Source of the DNA: an uncultured Candidatus Rokubacteria bacterium
Lineage (GTDB): Bacteria > Methylomirabilota > Methylomirabilia > Rokubacteriales > CSP1-6
DNA length: 64,000 bases
Assembly (NCBI GenBank): GCA_963758635.1
Contig: CAVWWD010000006.1
Coordinates: 96,001 to 160,000, forward strand
Direction of reading: 5' to 3'
The notes beneath the pieces are model-generated. The model was not told the origin of the DNA. It worked only from the letters and a program-made list of their open reading frames with translations, and searched no databases. How positions within the stretch are numbered: position 1 is the stretch's first letter; every line of letters begins with the position of its first letter. Of this stretch, positions 20,370 through 29,942 are shown one piece after another. Made by a program: the position numbers and the translations under genes.

Positions 20370-21778
20370 ATGAGCGACGAGACCACGCTCGCGCGCCAGA
20401 TCAAGGAGGGCGTCCGACGTCACGACCATCTCTGTCTCGTCTATGACGATCCGCGGGAGCGGGTCCGCGCCACCGTCCCCTACTTCGTCGACGGCCTCGA
20501 GCGCGGAGAATGGTGCATCGCGGTCGGCGACCGTGACTTCACGGAGAGCGTCGAGGAGGGTCTCGAGGCGGCGGGCATCGATCTGGATCGGTATCGCGAC
20601 GCCGGGGCCTTCGCGGTCGCGACCGGTCGCGAGACTTACCTGACGTCGGGGGCGAACCGGGAACGTTCAGTCCGACGGCCATGCTGGGCATCTGGCGGAC
20701 CCTGGCCCGCTACGCGTCGCGGAGCGGGTTCGCCGGCAGCCGCATGGCGGGAGAGCCGACGTGGGCCCTGGACTCCGGGCACTCGCTCCAGGCGCTGCTC
20801 GCCTACGAGGCGCTCGTCAACGACTTCTTCGCGTCGGGTCCGGCCAGCGGCCTCTGCCTCTATCGCAAAGGGCAGTGGCCGGCGAACGTGATCATCCACG
20901 TGCTCCGGACCCACAAGATGGTGGTGGTCGGTGAATCGCTCTGTCCGCACAACGTGTTCTACGAGGGCGCCGCAGTCGTGCAGGACGGGCGGTCCGATAC
21001 GGAGCGAATGCTCGGGATGCTGGATCGCGTGCGCGAGGCGACGGCCCGTGAGAACGCCCTCAGGGACGCGCGAGACGCGGCCGTTGCCGCCGATCGCACG
21101 AAGGACGCCTTCCTCGCCGCGCTGTCACACGAGCTGCGGACCCCTCTCTCGTCGATCGTCGGCTGGGCCTCCATGCTCACGCGGGCCGAGTTGCCGCCCG
21201 AGCCCGCCCGGGAAGCGCTCCTGAGCATCGCGCGGAACGGCAACGCGATGACGCGCATCGTCGACGACATGCTCGACATGTCCGCCATGCTCGCCGGCAC
21301 CCTGTCGGTCGCGCGGGAGCGCATCGACGTCCGGGCCGTCGTGAGGGAGGCGGTCGACACGATCCGGCCGAGCGCGACCGAGCGCCGCCTCGCGCTCGAG
21401 TCGCACGAGCCGGCCGAGCCGGTGTTCGTCCACGCGGACCCCGACCGCCTCCGGCAGTGCGTCCTGAATCTTCTGAACAATGCCGTCAAGTACACCCCCG
21501 CCGACGGCGCCATCGCCGTGCACGTCGAGCGGCAAGACGCCACCGCCGCCATCCACGTCTCGGACACCGGGATCGGTATCGCCGGTGACCGCCTCCCGCG
21601 GATCTTCGACCGATTCTGGCGCGGCGCCGATTCGCCGACGGGCTCTCGCGGTGGCCTCGGCCTGGGACTGTCCATCACGCGGCAGCTGGTGGAGCTGCAT
21701 GGCGGACGCGTGAGGGTCGCGAGCGCCGGCGAGGGCAAAGGCGCCACCGTGACCATCGAGATCCCAACCACGACCTGA
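20370..21778 (+). CDS. MEDS-domain sensor histidine kinase; apparent frameshift near 20660
   Basis: MEDS HDHLCLVY...LCLY...LRTH; HisKA SHELRTPL; NAVKYT, DTGIGI, GLGLGLSI. Confidence 0.85.
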
Positions 21779-21878
21779 TCGACTCGAGCCGGTCGTGGCC
21801 CGACCCGGGCCCGCGGCGCCACGCCGATTGCTGACCGCGCGCGCACGATCGGTCGCCTGCCCTGCCGCCACGCAACGG

Positions 21879-22307
21879 TCAGCGGAGCGGATCGACCCAG
21901 CGCAGGCTGCGGAAGCGCGCGAAATCGGCGTCGTTCGAGTGCACCTCGCCCTGATGCTCGATGGCCAGCGCGGCGAGCTGCACGTCCGTCGTGAGGCCGC
22001 CGGCTGCGCCCAGCTCCCGGAGCAGGCCGAACGTGATCTCGAGATGGCGGGGGCCCGGGAGGGCGAAGCGAACGTGCGGCCGGGACAGCCACTCCTCGAC
22101 ACGCTCCAGCGCGTCGGCCACCGGAAGCGGGCGGTCGAAGACGCGCGGACTGGTTACGAGACGAACGAACCCAAACAGGGCGGGAGCGCCGATGGCCACC
22201 TCGCGATCGCCGTTCAGGAGGCCTTCCCACCATCGGCGCGCCCGACCGTGCTCGGCGAACCCCTCGACATGCGCGTAGAGGAGGAGGTTGACGTCGGGCA
22301 CGATCAC
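21879..22307 (-). CDS. vapC: VapC PIN-domain toxin
   Basis: IVPDVNLLLYA, TDVQLAALAIEH, SNDADFARF. Confidence 0.92.
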   Translation of the reverse strand: MIVPDVNLLLYAHVEGFAEHGRARRWWEGLLNGDREVAIGAPALFGFVRLVTSPRVFDRPLPVADALERVEEWLSRPHVRFALPGPRHLEITFGLLRELGAAGGLTTDVQLAALAIEHQGEVHSNDADFARFRSLRWVDPLR

Positions 22308-22576
22308 GGGCGCCGGCCGGCGCGAAGCTTCGCGACGACCGCGCCGTCGTCGAGGTCATCCGCCAGAGCGTTGAGCTTGCCCCGGTCGAGCCCGGGCCGC
22401 AGTCGGGCCGCATGGGGTCGGACTCGATAGGCAGGAGGGCGCGCCCGGGTTGCGCGAGGCGCCAGGCCGCGGCGCAAGGCGTCGTTGACGACCTGCTTGA
22501 CGGCCTTTCGCTGGCGGTGCGCCTCGTCGGCGACCATCCGGGCGACGTCCGGATCCAGCGTCAGCGTCGTTCTCAT
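22304..22576 (-). CDS. vapB: VapB-type RHH antitoxin
   Basis: MRTTLTLDPDV...KQVVNDALRRGL; 4-nt overlap with vapC. Confidence 0.85.
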   Translation of the reverse strand: MRTTLTLDPDVARMVADEAHRQRKAVKQVVNDALRRGLAPRATRARPPAYRVRPHAARLRPGLDRGKLNALADDLDDGAVVAKLRAGRRP

Positions 22577-22577
22577 G

Positions 22578-22611
22578 GAGGCATCATGATGCCTCGCAAT
22601 CAGGCTGTCAA
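22578..22611 (-). promoter_or_regulatory. vapBC sigma70 promoter with palindromic operator
   Basis: TTGACA-N17-CATGAT ending 6 nt before the ATG (leaderless); perfect 18-bp palindrome GAGGCATCATGATGCCTC over the -10. Confidence 0.75.
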
Positions 22612-22743
22612 GATGCGCCACCGGCTCGACGACGCGTCCGGCCGCTCGTATTCGGTCACCGAGGAACATGGTCGCGGCCTGGTTCAGTGGCCCTTCCCGA
22701 TCCGGCGCCTCCGCGCGTCGCTGGCGCGCCGGTCGACGCGCTC

Positions 22744-24783
22744 CTACGAGGTCGTGCCCAGGACGCCGGAGTGGACGGCGCGGATCTCGACCTCAGCGCC
22801 CTCGTCGAGGGCCAGCATGCGAAGCGCGATGGGCGGCACCTCGGCGACGCTGCCGTTGCCCGGGCGCAGCTCGGACACCCACGCGCGGAGCGGCGCCCCG
22901 CGAGGGTTCACGAGCTCCACCACCGCGCCCGCGCCGACGGCGAGGCGCGCGGCCGTGTCCGTGTCGAGCCGGAGCGCGCGCCCACGCTCGGTGTCGAGGT
23001 CGGACGCCACGGCCAGGCGCACGCGCGGGCGCGCCGCGGCGAGCTCGGCGCGCTTGCGCGCGCTGGCCGCCGCATCCATGACGCCGTCGCGCAGGACCAC
23101 GCCGTAGACCGCCTCCGCCGCCGCCGGCGTCACGTAGCCCTGGGCGAGGTCGGCGGCCAGCGCGTCGAGCGAGCGCGTGAGCGGGTCGCCGAAGCCGCCG
23201 CCGCCCGAGCTGTCCATGATCAGGACGTCGTCGGCCTCGAGGGGGAAGCCGCCCACCTTGCCGGGCAGCGGCGACGGCTCGATCGGCCGGTCGCCCCGGC
23301 GCACCCAGAAATGGTTGGTCGCGCCCGCGGCCCCGCCGCTCACGCCGAACGGCGGCAGCACGGACTTCTCGGCGAGCACGGACAGCCGCGTGCCGGACGC
23401 CTGGATCCGCACCTGGCGCGAGAGGCCGAGCCCGCCGCGGAACCGGCCGGGCCCGCCCGAGTCCTCGCGCATCTCCGTGCGCTCCACGCGGACGGGATAG
23501 AGCTGCTCCACCGCCTCGATGGGCTGGAGCGTGGTCATGTCGCTCTCCGTCCACGCGCGCACCGTGTTGTTGCCGTCGCCCTCCGCGTGGGCGCCCGTGC
23601 CGCCCGCCGGGTACTCGTAGAAGATGAACGTCTCGCCGGTGCGCGGGTCGGGCCCGCCCACGTAGCAGTGGTTGCCGCCGCCCTTCAGGTCGCCGGTCAC
23701 GCGGCCGTCGAGGGCCTGGGCGAGCGCCCCCATCACCGCCGTCTCCACGCAGTACTTCACCTCGACCATGCCGCCGCACGGCGCGGGCGGATCGGCGTTC
23801 ACGATCGTCCCGCGCGGGGTGATCACGGTGAGGGGACGGAAGGCGCCCGAGTTCACGTCGGAGCCGGGATCGAGGAACGACTTCACGATCGTGAAGGCCC
23901 CGGTGGGCGCCATGGCGGGCCCGACGTTGGTGGGCCCCAGGGTCTGGGGCGAGGTGCCGGTGAGGTCCACGGTGATGGTATCGCCCGCCACCGTGACGAG
24001 CGCGCGCACGGTGAGCGGCTCGAGCCGCTCGCGCCCGCTCTCCAGGTGCGCCTCGTACGCGTAGGCGCCGTCGGGCAGGAGCGCGATGGCCTGGCGCATG
24101 CGCGCCTCGGCGCGGTCCATCAGCTCGGCCACCGCCTCGCGCATCGTCGCCGCGCCGTACCGCGCGGCCAGCTCCTCGATGCGCTCCGCCGCCTTCCGGC
24201 ACGTGCCCACCATGGCGTCGAAGTCGCCCTTGCGCTCGCGGAGCCCGCGCATGTTGGCGAACATCAGGTCCAGCGCGGCGTCGTTGGGCCGGCCGCGGTC
24301 GACGATCCGGATGGGCGGGATGCGCACGCCTTCCTGGAAGATCTCCGTGGCGCTGCCGGAGAGGCTGCCCGGGCTCATGCCGCCCACGTCGCCCCAGTGC
24401 GCGCGCACCACGGGAAAGACGAAGAGCTCCGGCCGGCCGCCCCGCCCCGGGGCGAACAGCGGGGAGATCATGGCCACGTCGTTCAGGTGGGTGCCGCCGG
24501 TGTACGGATCGTTGTGCAGGAAGACGTCGCCGGGGTGCACGTCGTCGCCGAACTTCTCGCGCACCGCGCGCATGGACCAGGCGATCGGCACGATGTGCAG
24601 CGGATGGTCCTGGCCCTTGGACATGGCGACGATCTGGGCGTCGCCGTCCATGAGCACGCAGGAGAAGTCCTCGCCCTCGTAGAGGATCGACGAGTACGCG
24701 GTGCGCACCAGCGTGATCCGCATCTCGCGCACGATCGAGACGAACGCCTCGCGGAGGACCTCGAGGGTGATGGGGTCGATCAT
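22744..24783 (-). CDS. hydantoinase B / 5-oxoprolinase family protein with a C-terminal extension
   Basis: DPITLEV, NDPYTGGTHLND, HWGDVGG, FQEG, DSGGPGRFRGG, GGGGFGDP. Confidence 0.9.
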   Translation of the reverse strand: MIDPITLEVLREAFVSIVREMRITLVRTAYSSILYEGEDFSCVLMDGDAQIVAMSKGQDHPLHIVPIAWSMRAVREKFGDDVHPGDVFLHNDPYTGGTHLNDVAMISPLFAPGRGGRPELFVFPVVRAHWGDVGGMSPGSLSGSATEIFQEGVRIPPIRIVDRGRPNDAALDLMFANMRGLRERKGDFDAMVGTCRKAAERIEELAARYGAATMREAVAELMDRAEARMRQAIALLPDGAYAYEAHLESGRERLEPLTVRALVTVAGDTITVDLTGTSPQTLGPTNVGPAMAPTGAFTIVKSFLDPGSDVNSGAFRPLTVITPRGTIVNADPPAPCGGMVEVKYCVETAVMGALAQALDGRVTGDLKGGGNHCYVGGPDPRTGETFIFYEYPAGGTGAHAEGDGNNTVRAWTESDMTTLQPIEAVEQLYPVRVERTEMREDSGGPGRFRGGLGLSRQVRIQASGTRLSVLAEKSVLPPFGVSGGAAGATNHFWVRRGDRPIEPSPLPGKVGGFPLEADDVLIMDSSGGGGFGDPLTRSLDALAADLAQGYVTPAAAEAVYGVVLRDGVMDAAASARKRAELAAARPRVRLAVASDLDTERGRALRLDTDTAARLAVGAGAVVELVNPRGAPLRAWVSELRPGNGSVAEVPPIALRMLALDEGAEVEIRAVHSGVLGTTS

Positions 24784-24808
24784 GTCGCCGGGCTCCGCTC
24801 CACCGGCG

Positions 24809-24895
24809 GTGAAGAGATGCCGATGTCGACTTCGCCGTGCGGGCACACATCGCGCTTCTGCGTACACACGCGGAGCTGCCTCCTCATTCCCTCAC
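24809..24895 (+). repeat. repeat family B (MITE-like) copy 1; contains the hydantoinase A stop codon
   Basis: Core TCGACTTCGCCGTGCGGGC...GCGTACACACGCG shared with 42565-42663 and 36046-36139 (reverse complement). Confidence 0.75.
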
Positions 24896-26928
24896 GAATG
24901 TTCGAGCCGCAGGTTGCCGTGCTCGTCGAGGGCCGCCGTCCAGCCCGGCGGCAGGACGGTGGTGGCGCCGAACTCCTCGACGATGGCCGGCCCGGCCAGG
25001 CGCGCGCCCTCGGGCAGCCGGTCGCGCTCCCACACCGGGCAGTCCAGCGCGTCCCCCCGGAATCGCACGGGCCGCCGCTCGACCAGCGCGTCGTCGAGGG
25101 CGACGGCGGCGCTCCGGTACCGGTCGGTGGCCGGCTTGGCCACGAGGCCGAACGCGGTGAGCCGCGCGTTCACCAGCTCCACGGTGGCCGCACGGTTCTC
25201 GTGGCCGTAGACGGCGCGGTGCTCGCGGTGGAACGCGTCCTCGACGGCGACGAGCGCGGCGGGCCCTCCGAGCCCGGCCCCGACGGTCAGGTTCAGCTCG
25301 AACGCCTGCCCGCGATAGCGGAGGTCGAGCGTGCGCAGCAGACGCTGCGCGGTCGGGTCGAAGCCCTCGCGCTCGAGCTGGCCGCGGGCCAGGGTCTCCA
25401 TCTCGTCGTAGACGGCCGCGAGCACGGCGCCCTGCTCGCGGAGCGCGCCGAGGCGGGTCCGGACGTGGTCGTGCTTGATGTCCGAGGCGAGGAGCCCCAG
25501 CGCGGAGAAGTTCCCGGGGTGGCGGGGCACGAGGACGCGGGGGATCGCGATCTCCTCGGCGAGGGCCACCGCGTGCATCGGTCCCGCGCCGCCGAAGGCG
25601 ACGAGCGTGAAGTCGCGCGGGTCGTGGCCGCGCTGGATCGAGATCTCGCGGATGGCCGAGGTCATGCGGGCCACCGCGATCCGCACGATGCCCTCGGCGA
25701 GCTCCTCCACGCCCATCCCGCCGAGCCGCGCGGCGAGGCCGGCCACCGCCTCCCGCGCCCGTGGGGGATCAATCACGATGCTGCCGCCGAGCCGCCGGCG
25801 CCCGCCGATCCGGCCGAGGACGATGTTGGCGTCGGTGACGGTCGGCTCCGTCCCGCCGAGGCCGTAGGCGGCGGGGCCGGGCGACGCCCCGGCGCTGCGC
25901 GGCCCCACCTGGAGGCTCCCGTCCACGTCGAGCCACGCGATCGAGCCCCCGCCCGCGCCGACCGTGTGCATGTCGATCTGCGGCACCTTCACCGGGAAGG
26001 CCCCGACCATGCTGTCCAACGTCATGATCGGCCGCAGGTCCTTGACCAGGCACACGTCGGTGGAGGTGCCGCCCATGTCGTACGTGATCACGTTCGGGGT
26101 GCCCGCCGCGGCGCCGACGTGACAGGCCTGGCTCACGCCACCCGCGGGGCCGGAGAAGATCGTGCGGATGGGCAGGCGCCGCGCGGTATCGGTGGTCATC
26201 ATGCCGCCGGAGGAGCCCACGGTGAGGATGCCGTGCGTGTAGCCGGCGGCGAGGAGCCGGTCCTCGAGGCCGCCGAGGTAGGCGTCCATGAGGGGCTGGA
26301 GGTAGGCGTTGAGCACCGTGGTGGAGAAGCGCTCGAACTCGCGGTACTCCGCCACCACGTCCGCCGAGCAGGACACGGGCCAGCCGGGGCGCTTGCCCTT
26401 GGCGAGATCGGCCACCGCGTGCTCGTGCGCGGGGTTCAGGTACGCGTGGAGGAGGCAGACGGCGACCGCCTCCGCGCCGGCGTCGAGGGCGGCGTCCAGC
26501 GCGCGGTCGACGCTGGCGGGGTCGAGCGGCACGAGCACCGAGCCGTCGGCGGCGAGGCGCTCCGCCACCTCGAAGCGGTGGCGTCGCTCCACCACGGGCT
26601 TGGGCCGCACGAACGTCGGCACGAACAAGGCGGGGATGTTGCGCTTGGTGCGCCCGATCTCGATGAGGTCGCGGAAGCCGGCGGTGGTGAGGACGGCGAC
26701 GCGCGCGCCGCGCCGCTCGAGCACGGCGTTGGTGCCCACGGTAGTGCCGTGGACCACACGCCGCACGTCGGCGCTCGCGATGTGAAGCGCGGCGAGGCCG
26801 GCGAGGACCGCGCCCGCCTCGCGCTGCCGCTGGGACGGGACCTTGGTGACGACGACCCGGCCCGTCGTCTCGTCGATCGCGGTCAGGTCGGTGAAGGTGC
26901 CACCAACGTCGATGCCGATGAGGAACAC
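24892..26928 (-). CDS. hydantoinase A / 5-oxoprolinase family protein
   Basis: GIDVGGTFTD, HGTTVGTN, SGPAGG, DMGGTSTD, GAGGGS, FGGAG. Confidence 0.92.
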   Translation of the reverse strand: MFLIGIDVGGTFTDLTAIDETTGRVVVTKVPSQRQREAGAVLAGLAALHIASADVRRVVHGTTVGTNAVLERRGARVAVLTTAGFRDLIEIGRTKRNIPALFVPTFVRPKPVVERRHRFEVAERLAADGSVLVPLDPASVDRALDAALDAGAEAVAVCLLHAYLNPAHEHAVADLAKGKRPGWPVSCSADVVAEYREFERFSTTVLNAYLQPLMDAYLGGLEDRLLAAGYTHGILTVGSSGGMMTTDTARRLPIRTIFSGPAGGVSQACHVGAAAGTPNVITYDMGGTSTDVCLVKDLRPIMTLDSMVGAFPVKVPQIDMHTVGAGGGSIAWLDVDGSLQVGPRSAGASPGPAAYGLGGTEPTVTDANIVLGRIGGRRRLGGSIVIDPPRAREAVAGLAARLGGMGVEELAEGIVRIAVARMTSAIREISIQRGHDPRDFTLVAFGGAGPMHAVALAEEIAIPRVLVPRHPGNFSALGLLASDIKHDHVRTRLGALREQGAVLAAVYDEMETLARGQLEREGFDPTAQRLLRTLDLRYRGQAFELNLTVGAGLGGPAALVAVEDAFHREHRAVYGHENRAATVELVNARLTAFGLVAKPATDRYRSAAVALDDALVERRPVRFRGDALDCPVWERDRLPEGARLAGPAIVEEFGATTVLPPGWTAALDEHGNLRLEHS

Positions 26929-27040
26929 GGTTCAGCGATGATAGCAGACGCGCGCGGCGCCGCCCGTCGCGGAGGCGCCGCCGCCGCGGCCGGCGAGCGC
27001 GGAGCGCCGTCGCGAGGACGGGCGCAGCGGCCGGCCGGCG

Positions 27041-29338
27041 TCAGGCCGGTCGCCAGGTCGGGCCGTCCAGGTCGGGGAAGGTGACCTTGCACATGCCGGG
27101 GTCGATCCCGTCGACGCGGGCGCGCCCCTTCATGTCGAGCCGTCCCTCCGCGAGCGTGGTGCCGTCGGGGAGCGTGATGCGATAGTGCTCGCCGGCGACC
27201 GGCTTCCCCTGCTCGTCGATCAGCTCGATCTCGATCCAGTGCGGCTTCTTCTTCGCGTCCGGCGACTCCGGATCGTGCCACGGCGCGTTCTTGGCGTTGA
27301 GCTCCGCCGCGGTCATGGCCTCCCGCTGGCGGCGGTACGACTCGTCCATGCTCCCGGGCTCGGCGTTGTCGGCGATCTCCGCCACCAGCGGGGCCATCGG
27401 GCCCATGGGCGGGACGGGCGTGGGTGGCAGTGGCGCTCCCCCGCTGTTGATGAGGACCGTGGGGCCCACGATCTGCACGCCGGCGGGAGAGAGGGTGATG
27501 AAGCTCCCCCCGCACGAGATGGTCAGCCCTACCGTCCCCTGGAGGACCGCCTGCATCGCCTGGAGCGTGTAGTTGCCGGTCACCTGCTCGTGGTGGTTCG
27601 CCTTGAACGCCTCCCCGACGTCCATCGTGACGGTGAAGGAATGCGTGCCCGTGACGCTGACCGCCTGGTCGCCGCCCACCTTCAGGTTGTGGGCGCGCTT
27701 GACCTCCTCGATGAGGTCGCGCTTCACCACGATGTGCTCGTCGCGGGTCACCTCCTCGACCTTGTCGCGCTTCACCACGAGGTGCCGGTCGTTGCCGATC
27801 CACTCGCGGCGGTCGTTCTTGATCCGCACGTCGAGGTCCTTCTCGCCGTGCACGAACACCTGCTCCTCGCCCTTCTTGTCCTCGATGCGCATCTCGTTGA
27901 AGCCGTTGCCGCCGAGGCTCGAGTTCGACTTGAAGATGACCGTCTTGGTCTTGTGCTCGGCGAGGGGATACGGGGGCATCTCGAGGCCGTTGTACACCGC
28001 CCCGATGACGATGGGCCGGTCAGGATCGCCCTCGAGGAAGTCGACGATGACCTCCTGGCCGATCCGCGGGATGAACACCATGCCCCAGCGTTTGCCCGAG
28101 AGGTTCTGGGACACGCGGATCCAGCACGAGCTGTTCTCGTCGCCCTTGCCGTAGCGGTCCCAGTGGAAGAGCACCTTGATGCGCCCGTACTTGTCGCAGT
28201 AGATCTCCTCGCCGTCCGGCCCCACCACCATCGCGGTCTGGGTGCCCTTCACGGTGGGGCGGGGGGTGAGGCGCGCGGGCCGGAACTGCTGCTTGCTCTG
28301 GAGCGCGTTGAAGCCGCAGAAGAACGTCACCGCCTCCTCGGACGTGGTCTCGTACGCGTTGTCCCGCATGTCCCACCGCGCGCTCACGATCAGGTACTCC
28401 CGGGCCTGGTCCTCGCGGGGGGCGTTGGTGAGCGTGAAGAGGTGGCCCACCACGACGTCGCGGACGTTGCACTCGGCCTCGGCACGGTCGAACTGCGTGT
28501 GGAACTCGTCGATCCGCGTCTTGACGTAGTGCTCACCGTCCGCCATCTCGTAGTACTCGCCGGGCCAGTCGTACACCTCGTAGCGGGCGCGCTCGTGCGG
28601 CTGGGCGAGGCGCGCCTTCACCTCGAGCTCCACCTTCGGCCTGGTGAAGTCGTAGTCGTCGGTGACGGCCTCCCCGGGCTGCAACTCCTCCGTGGGCACC
28701 CAGTGGTGGATGTACTCGGGGTCGACCCGCACCTGCCGGCCCGGGGGATAGAACGCGATGGTCGGCCGGCCGGGAATCGCCACGTGGGCGGCGGAGGCGT
28801 CCACGATCTTGAGCACGTGCTGGTCGGCCTGGTGCTCGAAGTGGTAGTACATCCCCTCCTCCTCCATGAGGCGGCTCACGAAGGCGAAGTCGGTCTCGCG
28901 GTACTGGACGCAGTACTCGCGCTTGGCGTAGGTCCCGGTGAGCGACTCCTCGTACACCGCCACGTCCTTGTGGTCGGCGAAGACGTCCTTGATGATCTCG
29001 ATCGGCGTCTTGTCCTGGAAGATCCGGCAGTCCGCCGTGCGGGTGAGGAACCACAGCCACGGCTGCACCCGCATGCGGTACTCGTAGTAGCGCCCGACCA
29101 TCGCGCCCGCGGCGAACCGCGTGACGTACCCGTGAATGTGCCGGCGCTCGCCGTTGGCCAGCTCCACCGACACCGAGACGTCGCGGCCGAGCAGCTTGCC
29201 CGGGGCGATGGCGGGATCCGTGGACAGCGCGAGGAGGTCGTACTCGAACAGCCGCGACAGCTCCTCGCGGCCGCGCAGGGCGCGGAACAGCAGCACGTCC
29301 TTGCCGAGCGGCGTCGTCAGCTCGAAGACGCGGGCCAT
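27041..29338 (-). CDS. vgrG: T6SS spike protein VgrG with a C-terminal transthyretin-like extension
   Basis: YCVQYRETDFAFVSRLMEEEG, DKYGRIKV, SSCWIRV, PRIGQEV, gp5-like beta repeats. Confidence 0.95.
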   Translation of the reverse strand: MARVFELTTPLGKDVLLFRALRGREELSRLFEYDLLALSTDPAIAPGKLLGRDVSVSVELANGERRHIHGYVTRFAAGAMVGRYYEYRMRVQPWLWFLTRTADCRIFQDKTPIEIIKDVFADHKDVAVYEESLTGTYAKREYCVQYRETDFAFVSRLMEEEGMYYHFEHQADQHVLKIVDASAAHVAIPGRPTIAFYPPGRQVRVDPEYIHHWVPTEELQPGEAVTDDYDFTRPKVELEVKARLAQPHERARYEVYDWPGEYYEMADGEHYVKTRIDEFHTQFDRAEAECNVRDVVVGHLFTLTNAPREDQAREYLIVSARWDMRDNAYETTSEEAVTFFCGFNALQSKQQFRPARLTPRPTVKGTQTAMVVGPDGEEIYCDKYGRIKVLFHWDRYGKGDENSSCWIRVSQNLSGKRWGMVFIPRIGQEVIVDFLEGDPDRPIVIGAVYNGLEMPPYPLAEHKTKTVIFKSNSSLGGNGFNEMRIEDKKGEEQVFVHGEKDLDVRIKNDRREWIGNDRHLVVKRDKVEEVTRDEHIVVKRDLIEEVKRAHNLKVGGDQAVSVTGTHSFTVTMDVGEAFKANHHEQVTGNYTLQAMQAVLQGTVGLTISCGGSFITLSPAGVQIVGPTVLINSGGAPLPPTPVPPMGPMAPLVAEIADNAEPGSMDESYRRQREAMTAAELNAKNAPWHDPESPDAKKKPHWIEIELIDEQGKPVAGEHYRITLPDGTTLAEGRLDMKGRARVDGIDPGMCKVTFPDLDGPTWRPA

Positions 29339-29371
29339 GGCCGCCTCAGGCCGCCCGATCGCGGGAGGACG

Positions 29372-29794
29372 TCATCCCGCGGCCTGCGCGCACCCGTCCG
29401 CGCGCGCCAGGAGCTCGTCCACCGCCGCCGCCAGCTCCTTCAGGTCGAGCGGCTTGTGGACGAGCCGGCCCACGCCCGTGCGGATGCGGGAGAACATCGC
29501 GAGCGAGGCCTGGTCGAGGACGTCCGCGCCGCCCGCCGACACCACGATCACGGGAACGTCGGGCTGGGACCGCTTGAGGCTCGCCAGCACCTCGAGCCCG
29601 CTCATCCGGGGCATGAAGATGTCGAGGATGATCAGGTCGGGCCGGCGCTCGTTGCTCAGGCGAAGGCCCTCCTCGCCGTCGCCCGCCGTGGTCACGTCGT
29701 AGCCGCGCTCGCGGAACAGGTGCTGGAGCATGCCGCGGATGTCGGGGTCGTCGTCGATCACCATCAGCGATCGGTTGGCGGTGCCTGTCGTCAT
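29372..29794 (-). CDS. stand-alone CheY-like response regulator
   Basis: IDDD, ILDIFMP, VSA, KP. Confidence 0.85.
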   Translation of the reverse strand: MTTGTANRSLMVIDDDPDIRGMLQHLFRERGYDVTTAGDGEEGLRLSNERRPDLIILDIFMPRMSGLEVLASLKRSQPDVPVIVVSAGGADVLDQASLAMFSRIRTGVGRLVHKPLDLKELAAAVDELLARADGCAQAAG

Positions 29795-29942
29795 GTCCGT
29801 CTCCGACCCGAGGGGAAGATGCCCGATCCGTGACCGTCACGCCACGAAGGGCATTCTGGGCCGCGAGACGCGGCGGCGTCAAGGGCGCCGCGCCCGCGGC
29901 GCGGCAGCGATCCGTGAGACCATCGGTGAGCGGGCGCGCCCG

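Noticed and set aside
22687..27084. 1465-aa plus-strand ORF (and similar ones such as 39166-44334, 48660-51995, 27185-29833)
   Set aside because: Antisense or off-frame shadows of well-supported genes in very high-GC DNA; no recognisable motifs
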